This document shows positions 43,378 to 56,446 of a stretch of DNA of 64,000 nucleotides, one piece after another. Both the position numbers and the translations under genes were made by a program. Numbering within the stretch: the stretch's first letter is position 1; every line of letters starts with the position of its first letter. The notes below the pieces were generated by a model, which worked only from the letters and a program-made list of their open reading frames with translations, was not told the origin of the DNA and did not search any database. This DNA is from Macrostomum lignano (taxonomy: Eukaryota), in the NCBI GenBank assembly GCA_002269645.1, contig NIVC01000598.1, positions 124,001 to 188,000 on the forward strand. The letters are read 5' to 3'.

Positions 43378-46300
43378 ATGGCCACGCCATTTCTTGCCAA
43401 CTCAAAGTTGCCCAGTGATGATGCAGATGCAATGGCTGCTGCTGATGGGTGAGTCTGTTTAATTGATTTACTTATATTGTTTTTATTTATTGTATAATCT
43501 TCATTTAGGGTTATTTGAAAAATTTTTGTACCTTTTATTCACGACGTAAATTTCGGCGACACAAAAAGCATTTACTGTTCTTACATTACTTGATAGTAGC
43601 ATCTTGTGCATTTTAGTTTCGGAAAACAGTTTGTAGAGATTTATTTTGCTTTCCAACTATGTTTTAGAGTTAGCAGACACATTAAGACACTAAGACAGAT
43701 ATTGTACTATGACAGACACTAAGACGGATATTTACTATGACAGACACTAAGACAGACACTAAGACAGATACTAAGACAGACACTAAGACAGATACTAAGA
43801 CAGACACTAAGACAGATACTAAGACAGACACTAAGACAGATACTAAGACAGACACTAAGACAGATACTAAGACAGATACTAAGACAGATATTTTACTATG
43901 ACAGATACTAAGACAGATATTTTACTATGACAGATACTAAGACAGATATTTTACTATGACAGATACTAAGACAGATATTTTACTATGACAGATACTAAGA
44001 CAGATATTTTACTATGACAGATACTAAGACAGATACTAAGACAGATATTTTACTATGACAGATACTAAGACAGATATTTTACTATGACAGATACTAAGAC
44101 AGATATTTTACTATGACAGATACTAAGACAGATATTTTACTATGACAGATACTAAGACAGATACTAAGACAGATATTTTACTATGACAGATACTAAGACA
44201 GATATTTTACTATGACAGATACTAAGACAAATATTTTACTATGACAGATACTAAGACAGATATTTTACTAAGACAGATACTAAGACAGATATTTTACTAT
44301 GACAGATACTAAGACAGATATTTTACTATGACAGATACTAAGACAGATACTAAGACAGATATTTTACTATGACAGATACTAAGACAGATATTTTACTATG
44401 ACAGATACTAAGACAGATATTTTACTATGACAGATACTAAGACAGATACTAAGACAGATATTTTACTATGACAGATACTAAGACAGATATTTTACTATGA
44501 CAGACACTAAGACAGATACTAAGACAAACACTAAGACAGACACTAAGACTGACACTAAGACAGATATTGTACTAAGACAGACACTAAGACAAACACTAAG
44601 ACAGACACTAAGACAGATATTGTACTATGACACACACTAAGACAAACACTAAGACAGGCACTAAGACAGACACTAAGACAAACACTAAGACAGGCACTAA
44701 GACAGACACTAAGACAAACACTAAGACAGACACTAAGACAGACACTAAGACAGACACTAAGACAGGCACTAAGACAGACACTAAGACAAACACTAAGACA
44801 GACACTAAGACAAACACTAAGACAGACACTAAGACAGGCACTAAGACAGACACTAAGACAAACACTAAGACAGACACTAAGACAGACACTAAGACAGATA
44901 TTGTACTATGACACGCACTAAGACAGACACTAAGGCATCTCCTGGGGCTAGTGTGTGGTGCATTTCGGGGGGGGGGGAACCTTTTAACCCAAGATTGGCA
45001 TGACTGACTTCGAATTCCCTCTCGTCACTTACCTGTAGTTTGTTCAAGTGAGGCAACACTGTCCAGCACAGGCAGGCAGATATCTGGTATTGCCTCGTTT
45101 CCCTCAAGACTTTGATGGACCAGTTTCAGCTGGACCCCTGCCTATGAGTCATTCCCTGCCGAACCCCGCTGTGAGGGCAGCCCGCTTGCTAATTGAAGTC
45201 GGTTGCGCCTCCCTTGGCTGTGTCTGGCAGCGGAGATGCGCAAGCTGCTCGACCTTGATTGCCCCAGTGAGCGGCGCGGCGTCCTCTGATGGCCCCTGGC
45301 TGCGTATTAGTTCCCTTTTTTCAACCCCTCCCAATGTCGCTGGCAGCAGAATCAGTGACTCAACAGCGCAGTAGCAAAATGCTGCATTTTCAGTAAATTG
45401 CGTTACACTTTTTAAAGGAGTTTAGCTAGGCGAGAGCGCGGCATTTAGCTGGAATATGTGGCCTGCTTATTGGGGGTATAAACAGAATTAGAGGCTTCTT
45501 CAAGTGCCAGCAATTTCTGCAACTTTTTATAAAGTATCTTTTATCTCTGCCCTTAGATTGACCGATCCTTCCCGATCGGACGCGAGATCTCGGTTTTACT
45601 GGGCTGAATCCAGCAATGCCTGCGTCTGCTATGCATAAAATAAGAGGGGCAGGCTAGCTTCTGCTTATCGGCTGGGGGGGGGGGGTAAGTACAAAGATAT
45701 GGCTGCATCTGGCTAACATGATGCTGACTGGATCCAGCGCCCTGGCGGGGAGAGAGGGAGATCTTAGTCATGGATATCTGGTATCTTAGTGGCAATCTGG
45801 TTCCAGGACTGCACATGCTGGGGATAATGAGCAGATACGAGTCTGTGAAACTTCTGTTATCTACGCATTTTGCATAATTTTGCATAATTTAGTATTGGGC
45901 ATGGAGTAGATACCTGTACCTGAATGATGAATGTGCGAAAATCGGTGAGTAAGTTCGCAGAGCCGGGACTAAGAAAGATATGACTTAAATCATTGCACAG
46001 TTATTTAGGATTGTGGCATGGCAATGATGGCATACCGGAATGCAGTATGTGGATTAATGCCAATGAGCCATTCTGCAGTTGTGCATGCAAAGCCAGTTAT
46101 TCTCAACATCCCACTAGACGGACTGGGCCGTCTATTTTCCTGGTTGAAAATCCCCCTGCCAATGTCTTGTAGTTAACTGAATATCGCCCAGAATCCGGGA
46201 CACATTATCTCTAATTTGTGTCATAACCTGTCATGACACATCTCTAATTTGTGTCATAACATGTCATGACACATCTCTAATTTGTGTCATAGCCTGTCAT

Positions 46301-49300
46301 GACAGCTTTAATTTGTGTCATAGCCTGTCATGACAGCTTTAATTTGTGTCATAGCCTGTCATGACAGCTTTAATTTGTGTCATGCCTGTCATGACAGCTT
46401 TAATTTGTGTCATGCCTGTCATGACAGCTTTAATTTGTGTCATGCCTGTCATGACAGCTTTAATTTGTGTCAGCCTGTCATGCCACATCAGCTCTAATTT
46501 GTGTCAGCCTGTCATGCCACATCAGCTCTAATTTGTGTCAGCCTATCATGCCACATCGGCTCTAATTTGTGTCATGCGTGTCATGACACATCAACTCTAC
46601 TCTAATTTGTGTCATAACCTGTCATGACAGCTCTAATTTGTGTCATAACCTGTCATGACAGCTTTAATTTGTGTCATCGCCTGTCATGACAGCTTTAATT
46701 TGTTGCATGCCTGTCATTACAGCTTTAATTTGTGGCATGCCTGTCATGACAGCTTTAATTTGTGGCATGCCTGTCATGACAGCTTTAATTTGTGTCATAG
46801 CCTGTCATGACAGCTCTAATTTGTGTCATGCGTGTCATGACAGCTTTAATTTGTGTCATAGCCTGTCATGACAGCTCTAATTTGTGTCATGCGTGTCATG
46901 ACAGCTTTAATTTGTGTCATAGCCTGTCATGACAGCTAATTTGTGTCATGCGTGTCATGACACATCAACTCTACTCTAATTTGTGTCATAACCTGTCACT
47001 GTTATGACACCAGATCTAATTTGTGTCATAGCCTGTAATGACACATCAGCTCTAATTTGTGTCATAACCTGTCATGACACATGAGCTGTAATTTATGTCA
47101 GCCTGTCATCTCAGCAGTGTTAAGTTTTAATGTAAAGATGTTGGCATTTAATTTGATTTTCAACTTTTTCGCTGAAAGTTCCAACTGGCATCCCGGTTTT
47201 CAATTTCAATTTGGCAGTCTGAGTTTGGACCAAGGTGGCCAAATAGCACAGATCCTGATGCTTGAAAAACCAGTCCGAGGTCTTGCTATTGGATTCGGAA
47301 AGTTCGCGGCCCCATTCGCTCGTGCTGGTTGATGACTGATTGGGGGGGGGGGTCTCGGGTCAGGAAATTGACCTGCCAATGGGCCCCTGAAACTCTCCGT
47401 TCACCTTAATCCGGTCACACCTCGGTTCGACCAATCAATCAGCTTTCCATAGCCTCGTCATCCGCCCCACTCCTCTACCCGTTTCGAGGATAAAACGCCA
47501 ATAAATTTGCGTGCTGTCTGTGGGAAAATTATCCCCATATTGGGAGAATTTTGTCTGCCTATCTGAGTCCTTTGCTGCACTTACGACATTGCACGTCTCT
47601 GAGGGATTTGAGAGAGAGAATAACACTGTCACCTGAGCTTCTGGGTGATTGACAGCTGAGTTGTGAGTACTGCATTGCAATTCGATTATTTTATGATTTG
47701 CATTGATTTCCATCCCCTTCTGATCTGGTCTGGGCCACCGCCTTCATCCTCAGTCTCTGAGACTCCATTTTTACAGGCAACTCGAATTTGACTATTGATT
47801 AAAGTCTTACAATCCCAAGCATCACATCAATCAATATTTCTAAAATTATTACAGGCAGCCGATTTGGTATCTGGTGTCTAAATTCAGGATGCCAAAATTG
47901 AATTTGATGTGTCATGACAAATGCTATGACTCAAAAAACCCAGCTTCCAGATCCTCAGTAGCTGAGCCAGCCTCCCAGATACTCAGTAGCTGAGCCAACC
48001 TCCCAGATCCTCAGTAGCTAATCCAGCCTCCCAAATCCTCAGTAGCTAATCCAGCCTCCCAAATCCTCAGTAGCTAATCCAGCCTCCAAAATCCTCAGTA
48101 GCTAATCCAGCCTCCCAAATCCTCAGTAGCTAATCCAGCCTCCCAAATCCTCAGTAGCTAATCCAGCCTCCCAGATCCTCAGTAGCTAATCCAGCCTCCC
48201 AGATCCTCAGTAGCTAATCCAGCCTCCCAAATCCTCAGTAGCTAATCCAGCCTCCCAAATCCTCAGTAGCTAATCCAGCCTCCCAGATCCTCAGTAGCTA
48301 ATCCAGCCTCCCAGATCCTCAGTAGCTAATCCAGCCTCCCAGATCCTCAGTAGCTAATCCAGCCTCCCAAATCCTCAGTAGCTAATCCAGCCTCCCAGAT
48401 CCTCAGTAGCTAATCCAGCCTCCCAGATCCTCAGTAGCTAATCCAGCCTCCCAAATCCTCAGTAGCTAATCCAGCCTCCCAAATCCTCAGTAGCTAATCC
48501 AGCCTCCCAAATCCTCAGTAGCTAATCCAGCCTCCCAGATCCTCAGTTGCTGGGCCACCGCCACCCTCTCAGATCCTCAGTTGCAGGGCCACCGCCACCC
48601 TTCCAGATCCTCAGTTGCTGGGCCACCGCCACCCTTCCAGATCCTCAGTTGCTGGGCCACCGCCACCCTTCCAGACCCTCAGTAGCTGGGCCACCGCCAC
48701 CCTTCCAGATCCTCAGTTGCTGGGCCACCGCCACCCTTCCAGATCCTCAGTTGCAGGGCCACCGCCACCCTCCCAGACCCTCAGTTGCTGGGCCACCGCC
48801 ACTCTCCCAGCTCCTTCAGTTTGAGTTGAGCTGTTATTGAGTTCAATCTATCCGAATCTTATGTGTGCCTGAAATCCGCGTGTGATGTGTTGAGAAATCC
48901 CGTGACAGATTTTTCCCAAGCCCTACAGTATATCCTTGATGAGTCAGTCCCCCACGTGGTCAACGCACCACTGGACGCGGGGCTTATGTGGACCACTGAA
49001 ATGTAATTAACATGCCCCGCCACCGATTTCACCGCAGGCCAAACGCCATCCAACAGTCACTTGACGCCCTCGACCAGCTGCTCAGCCAGGCCGGCCAGCA
49101 GCTCAATTCGCTCAGCTCCAACGACCAGGCAGCGGCTCAGCAGCAGCGGCACTCGCAGCGCTCCAGCGTAGGCGCCCAGTCGCTCACTTCTTCAGGCGGC
49201 GGCGGGGCGAGCTTCGGCGACGATCGGTGCGGCGCCTCGCCTGGGCCGAGTCTCGGATCGCTTGGGTGAGTGGGCCGGCTGTGGGACCGAGCCCCCGGAT

Positions 49301-52300
49301 CCTCAGATGTGATCAAAACCCTCCCAGATCCTCAGGTGTGATCCGTCACCCTCCTAGATCATCAGGTGTGATCCATCACCCTCCCAGATCCTCAGATGTG
49401 ATCCGCCACCCTCCTAGATCTCCAGGTGTGAACCGTCACCCTCCCAGATCCTCAGATGTGATCCGCCACCCTCCTAGATCTCCAGGTGTGATCCGTCACC
49501 CTCCCAGATCCTCAGATGTGATCCGTCACCCTCCCAGATCCTCAGATGTGATCCGCCACCCTCCCAGATCCTCAGATGTGATCCGCCACCCTCCCAGATC
49601 CTCAGATGTGATCCGTCACCCTCCCAGATCCTCAGATGTGATCCGCCACCCTCCCAGATCCTCAGGTGTGATTAAAACCCTCCCAGATCCTCAGGTATGA
49701 TCAAAACCCTCCCAGATCCTCAGGTATGATCAAAACCCTCCCAGATCCTCAGGTGTGATCAAAACCCTCCCAGATCCTCAGGTGTGATCAAAACCCTCCC
49801 AGATCCTCAGGTTTGATCAAAACCCTCCCAGATCCTCAGGTGTGATCAAAACCCTCCCAGATCCTCAGGTGTGATCAAAACCCTCCCAGATCCTCAGGTG
49901 TGATCAAAACCCTCCCAGATCCTCAGGTGTGATCAAAACCCTCCCAGATCCTCAGGTGTGATCAAAACCCTCCCAGATCCTCAGGTGTGATCAAAACCCT
50001 CCCAGATCCTCAGGTGTGATCAAAACCCTCCCAGATCCTCAGGTATGATCAAAACCCTCCCAGATCCTCAGGTGTGATCAAAACCCTCCGAGATCCTCAG
50101 GTATGATCAAAACCCTCCCAGATCCTCAGGTGTGATCAAAACCCTCCCAGATCCTCAGGTGTGATCAAAACCCTCCCAGATCCTCAGGTGTGATCAAAAC
50201 CCTCCCAGATCCTCAGGTGTGATCAAAACCCTCCCAGATCCTCAGGTTTGATCAAAACCCTCCCAGATCCTCAGGTATGATCAAAACCCTCCCAGATCCT
50301 CAGGTGTGATCAAAACCCTCCCAGATCCTCAGGTATGATCAAAACCCTCCCAGATCCTCAGGTGTGATCAAAACCCTCCCAGATCCTCAGGTGTGATCAA
50401 AACCCTCCCAGATCCTCAGGTGTGATCAAAACCCTCCCAGATCCTCAGGTGTGATCAAAACCCTCCCAGATCCTCAGGTGTGATCAAAACCCTCCCAGAT
50501 CCTCAGGTGTGATCAAAACCCTCCCAGATCCTCAGGTGTGATCAAAACCCTCTCAGATCCTCAGGTGTGATCAAAACCCTCCCAGATCCTCAGGTATGAT
50601 CAAAACCCTCCCAGATCCTCAGGTGTGATCAAAACCCTCCCAGATCCTCAGGTGTGATCAAAACCCTCCCAGATCCTCAGGTTTGATCAAAACCCTCCCA
50701 GATCCTCAGGTATGATCAAAACCCTCCCAGATCCTCAGGTGTGATCAAAACCCTCCCAGATCCTCAGGTATGATCAAAACCCTCCCAGATCCTCAGGTGT
50801 GATCAAAACCCTCTCAGATCCTCAGGTGTGATCAAAACCCTCCCAGATCCTCAGGTATGATCAAAACCCTCCCAGATCCTCAGGTATGATCAAAACCCTC
50901 TCAGATCCTCAGGTGTGATCAAAACCCTCCCAGATCCTCAGGTGTGATCAAAACCCTCCCAGATCCTCAGGTGTGATCAAAACCCTCTCAGATCCTCAGG
51001 TGTGATCAAAACCCTCCCAGATCCTCAGGTATGATCAAAACCCTCCCAGATCCTCAGGTATGATCAAAACCCTCCCAGATCCTCAGATGCGATCCGCCAC
51101 CAGGCTGGACCGCTATCTCGCATTTCTGGATTGGCCAACACCAGTTCCACCCCTTTCCCCATAAATTGATCCCATTTGGCAGGAGCGAAGAGGTCCGCAA
51201 ATCCCTGGAAGAGTTGGACGCATTTCTGCGCGAATACGACGAAGAAGAAGACGATTGCGAAGGCGATCGCCAAGCTGTTGATTTGAACGCCGCTTCAGCG
51301 TGCTGCAACCGCGGCAGCAGCGCCATGCAGATGGCTGCCTACTGCGCCGCCGGGCCCAGCCCCGATGCCCGACTGTCCGCGCCCGGCTGCGAGCTGATGG
51401 TGGATTGCGTAGATTTTGGTTAGTGGCTGAGCCTGAACAAAATAACAAGACTCGCTATATGCTACTAGCTAGTGACAGTAGGAATGCGAAGATTTAACTT
51501 TAACCGAACAAAGTGTTTAACGGATCCCTTTATTAGAGCAAATTTGAAAGCCTGTGTTAAGCGCGTAGATTATTTTCTACAAAATTGTAATGTGGGTAAA
51601 CAGCGGGTGTAACTATTCTCTTAATTATTTCGACTCCACTCATATAGTTTCCAATTGTGCTGCAATTTCTTCTCGACTTGCAGGGCATTTTTCGAATTTT
51701 ACTACTTAAAGAAGTAGTGTTGCTTGAAAATTATAGATATATATTTACTATATCCGAGTTAAGTATTTTCCTGAACCACTTCAAGACTACCTGTCGCCAC
51801 CACCCGAGTTCGACACTCCGGCGGTGCCCAACTCGGCGGAGGCCCCGGAGTCCGCGGCTCTCAGCACCACCCCCACCAATGCCAGCCTGCCGCCGATGCC
51901 GCAGCAGTCCGCCGTGCCTCCCTCCTGCAGCAGCTTCGGCCGGCGCTGCGACGCGGAGCCGCAGCGTAGCCAGCAGCAGCAGCAACCGCCTCAGCAGCCA
52001 AACAAGCCGAGCGTGCCAAAGCGCAACCCCGGCACCTGTCTCAGCACCCGCACTGGTCAGCAGCTTTCTCCGTCATCGCCACCGTTGCCGCCGCCGTCCT
52101 CTGAGGATGTGCAGCTTCCGTCTCCGCCAACGCCGCAGCCGCAGGCGGCGGCTGCCGCTGCCGAAGCTGAAATCGAGACTGACGTGCCGTCCGTTTCGGA
52201 GATTCTCAACCGCTTCAATCGCGCCCCGTCTCAGGCGCCGCCACAGCCGCCGCCTGTATTTACTTCAAAGGCGCCGCCTCTAAGACAGACTTCAAAAGCG

Positions 52301-55300
52301 CCGCCACCGCCGCAGCCGATTGCACAAACTTCAAAAGCGCCGCCGCAACCGGTTCCACAGACTTCAAAGGCGCCGCCATCGCTCCAGCCGGTCCCACAAG
52401 CTGCAAAGGCACCGCCACCTCCGCAGCCTGTGCCACCGACTTCAAAGGCGCCGCCACCGTCCCAGCCGGTCCCACAGGCTTCAAAGGTGCCGCCACCGCC
52501 ACAGCCGGTCCCACAAATTTCAAGGGCGCCGGCGCAACCGGTGCCACCGACTTCAAAGGCGCCGCCCCCGCCCCAGCCGGTCCCACAAACTTCAAAGGCG
52601 CCGGCGCGACCGGTGCCACCGACTTCAAAGGCGCCGCCCCAGCCGGTCCCACAAACTTCAAAGGCGCCGGCGCAACCGGTGCCACCGACTTCAAAGACGC
52701 CGCCACCGCCCCAGCCGGTCCCACAAACTTCAAAGGCGCCGCCACCAACAATGGATGCCGGCCATCTGCCAGGCTCTCCCGCTGCTGCTGCTGCTATATC
52801 GACTTTTGGAACGCCATCGCGACTGCAAATGCAGCAGCAGCAGCACCCGCCTGGAGCTCCGCCACCGCCCCCAATGGTGCCACCAGCGCAAGCTCGGCCT
52901 GTTCAGCCGTTGTCGCGGCCAGCTCACGCCTCCCCGGTTGCCTCGCCCAGCAAGCCGCTAGTGGCTGTAAAGAAAGGTGACTGACTATCTTCGCTGGCTC
53001 TGTTGGTTTTGTTGTTCTGTTTCATTCTGTTTGCAAATTGGCATTGCTTTGAAGTTTGTTAATACTCTTACCGAGTGTGCGCTCTTTACATAGAATTGGC
53101 TCGACGCGATGCAACGGGGCGTGGCTGTCAATCAATTACTCGTACAGTTCGGCAGCTCAAAGCCGATGCGCCATCCTCTATTGTTAGCTCTCACTTTGAT
53201 GTGCTATTTCTTTCAGTGCATCTCTTAGCTTAGTGGGAAAATTTCAAAGTGAAAGTATAGAAGCATTACTTGTTATGTAGACGCGTCACGTTAGATAGGA
53301 GCATCATCTAGATGGGATCATTACTTGTTAGATACGAGCATCACCTGTTAGATAGGAGCATTGCATGTTAGGAGCATCACCTGTTAGATAGGAGCATCAC
53401 CTGTTAGATAGGAGCATTGCATGTTAGGAGCATCACCTGTTAGATAGGAGCATCACCTGTTAGATAGGAGCATCACCTGTTAGATAGAAGCATCACCAGT
53501 TAGATAGGAGCATCACCTGTTAGATAAGAGCATCACCTGTTAGATAGGAGCATTACCTGTTAGATAGGAGCATCACCTGTTAGATAAGAGCATCACCTGT
53601 TAGATAGGAGCATTACCTGTTAGATAGGAGCATCACCTGTTAGGAGCATCACCTGTTAGATAGGAGCATCACCTGTTAGATAAGAGCATCACCTGTTAGA
53701 TAGGAGCATTACCTGTTAGATAGGAGCATCACCTGTTAGGAGCATCACCTGTTAGATAGGAGCATTACCTGTTAGATAGAAGCATTGCATGTTAGATAGG
53801 AGCATCACCTGTTAGATAGGAGCATTACCTGTTAGATAAGAGCATCACCTGTTAGATAGGAGCATCACCTGTTAGATAAGAGCATCACCTGTTAGATAGG
53901 AGCATTACCTGTTAGATAGAAGCATTGCATGTTAGATAGGAGCATCACCTGTTAGATAGGAGCATTACCTGTTAGATAGGAGCATCACCTGTTAGATAGG
54001 AGCATCACCTGTTAGATAAGAGCATCACCTGTTAGATAGGATCATTACCTGTTAGATAGGAGCATCACCTGTTAGATAGGAGCATTACCTGTTAGATAGG
54101 AGCATCACCTGTTAGGAGCATCACCTGTTAGATAGGAGCATCACCTGTTAGATAAGAGCATCACCTGTTAGATAGGAGCATCACCTGTTAGATAAGAGCA
54201 TCACCTGTTAGATAGGAGCATTACCTGTTAGATAGGAGCATCACCTGTTAGGAGTTCACCTGTTAGGAGCATCACCTGTTAGATAGGAGCATTACCTGTT
54301 AGATAGAAGCATTACATGTTAGATAGGAGCATCACCTGTTAGATAGGAGCATTACCTGTTAGATAGGAGCATCACCTGTTAGATAGGAGCATTACCTGTT
54401 AGATAGGAGCATCACCTGTTAGATAGGAGCATCACCTGTTAGATAGAAGCATCACCAGTTAGATAAGAGCATTACCTGTTACTGTTAGATAGGAGCATTA
54501 CCTGTTAGATAGGAGCATCATCTAGATAGGAGCATCACCTGTTAGATAGGAGCATCACCTGTTGTGTGTTTTAGGTCACCAGCAGGCTGCATCACCCAGT
54601 TGCTAAAATTAGCCACAAGATGCAATTCCTTTAAACTATAATTCGAATTGCCTGCATCACCACAGGAAGCACCGTTGAAACTCGATCTGTCAGTGTCGGT
54701 TGTCACTATAGAAATTCTTGTTTGCTCAGGTGGGTCTGTTGGCAACAGAATTCACTCGTCTTTTGTGTCAGCTGTTTTCTCCCCTGCTTACCGTCATGCT
54801 TTTGCTTAGTAGAATATCTGCTCTGCGCTGAGGAAAACCAGTTAATGAGGATTAATCCCGCTGTTTTCCCCCCGTCCGCACAGTTGCCCGCTCCAGCTCC
54901 AATTGCGAGTCCGGCCCAGCCTCCCAGCAGCAGCCAAAGCAGCAGTCCGCCGCCCTCATCGCCCAGCTGCAGCAGGGCGTCAGCCTGCGCAAGTCCTCAC
55001 AAAAGCAACAGCAGCAGGAGTCGACGGCGGATGAGTTCGATGCCAGCCAGCTGCCGCCACCTCCGCCTGCGCTGCTCCTGCGGCCCGTGGCTGCCGACAC
55101 CTCACCGCAGCCACCGCCGGCCCCTCCGTCGCCGCCACCGCCGAAGGAAGTCGTCGAACAGGCGGCGGCCTTGGACGATGTTGCCGACCCGTCCGCGGTG
55201 CCGGGCTACTCGGCCATCCCCGACAGCGCGCCGGACTGGCGCCGGGCGGTGCTGGAGCGCCGGAACCGGGAGGCGCTGGAGGCGCACGCGGCCGCAGAGG

Positions 55301-55503
55301 CTGCCCGACTTGCCGAGGCCGCCAAGCTGTCCGGCGTGCCGGACTGGAAGCGCAGCCTGCTGGAGCAGCGGCAGGCCCGCCAGCGCGAGGAGCTGCAGCC
55401 GGAGGCCGAGCGGCTCCGACGGGAGGCGGAGGAGGCCGAGCGCCTGGCCGGCATGCCCGACTGGAAGCGCAGCATCCTGCTGAAGAAGAAGGGCCTGGCC
55501 TGA
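43378..55503 (+). CDS. Proline-rich actin-cytoskeleton adaptor (LD-like motifs, WH2-like motif, three espin/phostensin-like PxW[KR]R repeats), about 781 aa, 5 exons
   Basis: Exons 43378-43448, 49038-49265, 51183-51418, 51786-52976 and 54884-55503; GT-AG, phases 2/2/1/1 close, total 2346 nt. Motifs: SLDALDQLL, SLEELDAFL, LPPPPP, AALIAQLQQGVSLRKS (WH2-like), APDWRRAVLERR, VPDWKRSLLEQR, EEAERLAGMPDWKRSILLKKK. Exon 1 assignment is less certain. Confidence 0.75.
43675..44932. repeat. Compound 12-bp/17-bp minisatellite (ACTAAGACAGAY; ATTTTACTATGACAGAT)
   Basis: Tandem array in intron 1 of the adaptor gene. Confidence 0.95.
46210..47110. repeat. 30-31 bp minisatellite (TAATTTGTGTCATAGCCTGTCATGACAGCTT)n
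   Basis: Direct tandem repetition. Confidence 0.95.
47945..48545. repeat. 28-bp minisatellite (CCTCCCAGATCCTCAGTAGCTAATCCAG)n
   Basis: Direct tandem repetition. Confidence 0.96.
48540..48810. repeat. 34-bp minisatellite (CCTTCCAGATCCTCAGTTGCTGGGCCACCGCCAC)n
   Basis: Abuts the 28-bp array and shares its core. Confidence 0.93.
49290..51100. repeat. 29-bp minisatellite (CCTCCCAGATCCTCAGGTGTGATCAAAAC)n filling intron 2
   Basis: Direct tandem repetition between the donor at 49266 and the acceptor at 51182. Confidence 0.97.
53290..54562. repeat. 20-bp minisatellite (CTGTTAGATAGGAGCATCAC)n in intron 4
   Basis: Direct tandem repetition. Confidence 0.96.
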
Positions 55504-55724
55504 CGCCGTTCATTCGGATTTGAGAGCAGTATTATCATGATCCCCAGCTTTCGAGTCTCACGTGTATTCGAGTCCCAGATTCTCTATTCGAATTCTCATC
55601 TTGATCCCCAAATCTATTCTTAAGAAAACTCGCACGCCCTAACATGCTCCTAGATCCCCTAGAACTCTAGTCATCAATCCTCTATTGAGGTACATATGAA
55701 AACATCTAAATCCTCTATTCTAAT

Positions 55725-56108
55725 CCCAGATCCCTATTCCAGCATCGAATCCCAAATCCCCTATTCCAGCATCGAATCCCAAATCCCCTATTCCAGCATC
55801 GAATCTTAAATCCCATTTTCCACCATCGAATCCCAAATCCCCTATTCCAGCATCGAATCCCAGATCCCGATTCCAGCATCGAATCCCAGATCCCGATTCC
55901 ACCATCGAATCCCAAATCCCCTATTCCAGCATCGAATCCCAGATCCCGATTCCAGCATCGAATCCCAGATCCCCTATTCCAGCATCGAATCCCAGATCCC
56001 TATTTCCACCATCGAATCCTAAATCCCCTATCCCACCATCGAATCCCAAATCCCCTATTCCACCATCGAATCCCAAATCCCCTATTCCACCATCGAATCC
56101 CAAATCCC
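55725..56108. repeat. 26-27 bp minisatellite (ATCGAATCCCAAATCCCCTATTCCAGC)n
   Basis: Direct tandem repetition just 3' of the stop codon. Confidence 0.94.
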
Positions 56109-56446
56109 AGGCTCATTCTTGATTCGCACTGTCAGGGTTTTCCTGTTTGTCCTGGACCTTCGGTTTATGTTTTAAATCTGTATATAAGCTTGTACATCGG
56201 GGAATGCCCCGAAATGGGTGGCAATACTCGGGCCGTCAGCAGCTCGCTGGCCCAATCTGCACAACTGCGCAATTCTGTCTCTTCCACGCTTTCAAGTTTT
56301 AGACAATTCTTTGCAAAGAAGTTTCCTGAACCGATGGTCATTATAAAGAAAAGTAGTTCACCTTTTATGATCATATTTTTACTCATTTTCCGATGTCATT
56401 GTAGTAACTGCCAGCTTGTACAATAAATTTAGTGCAGTTGTGCCGC

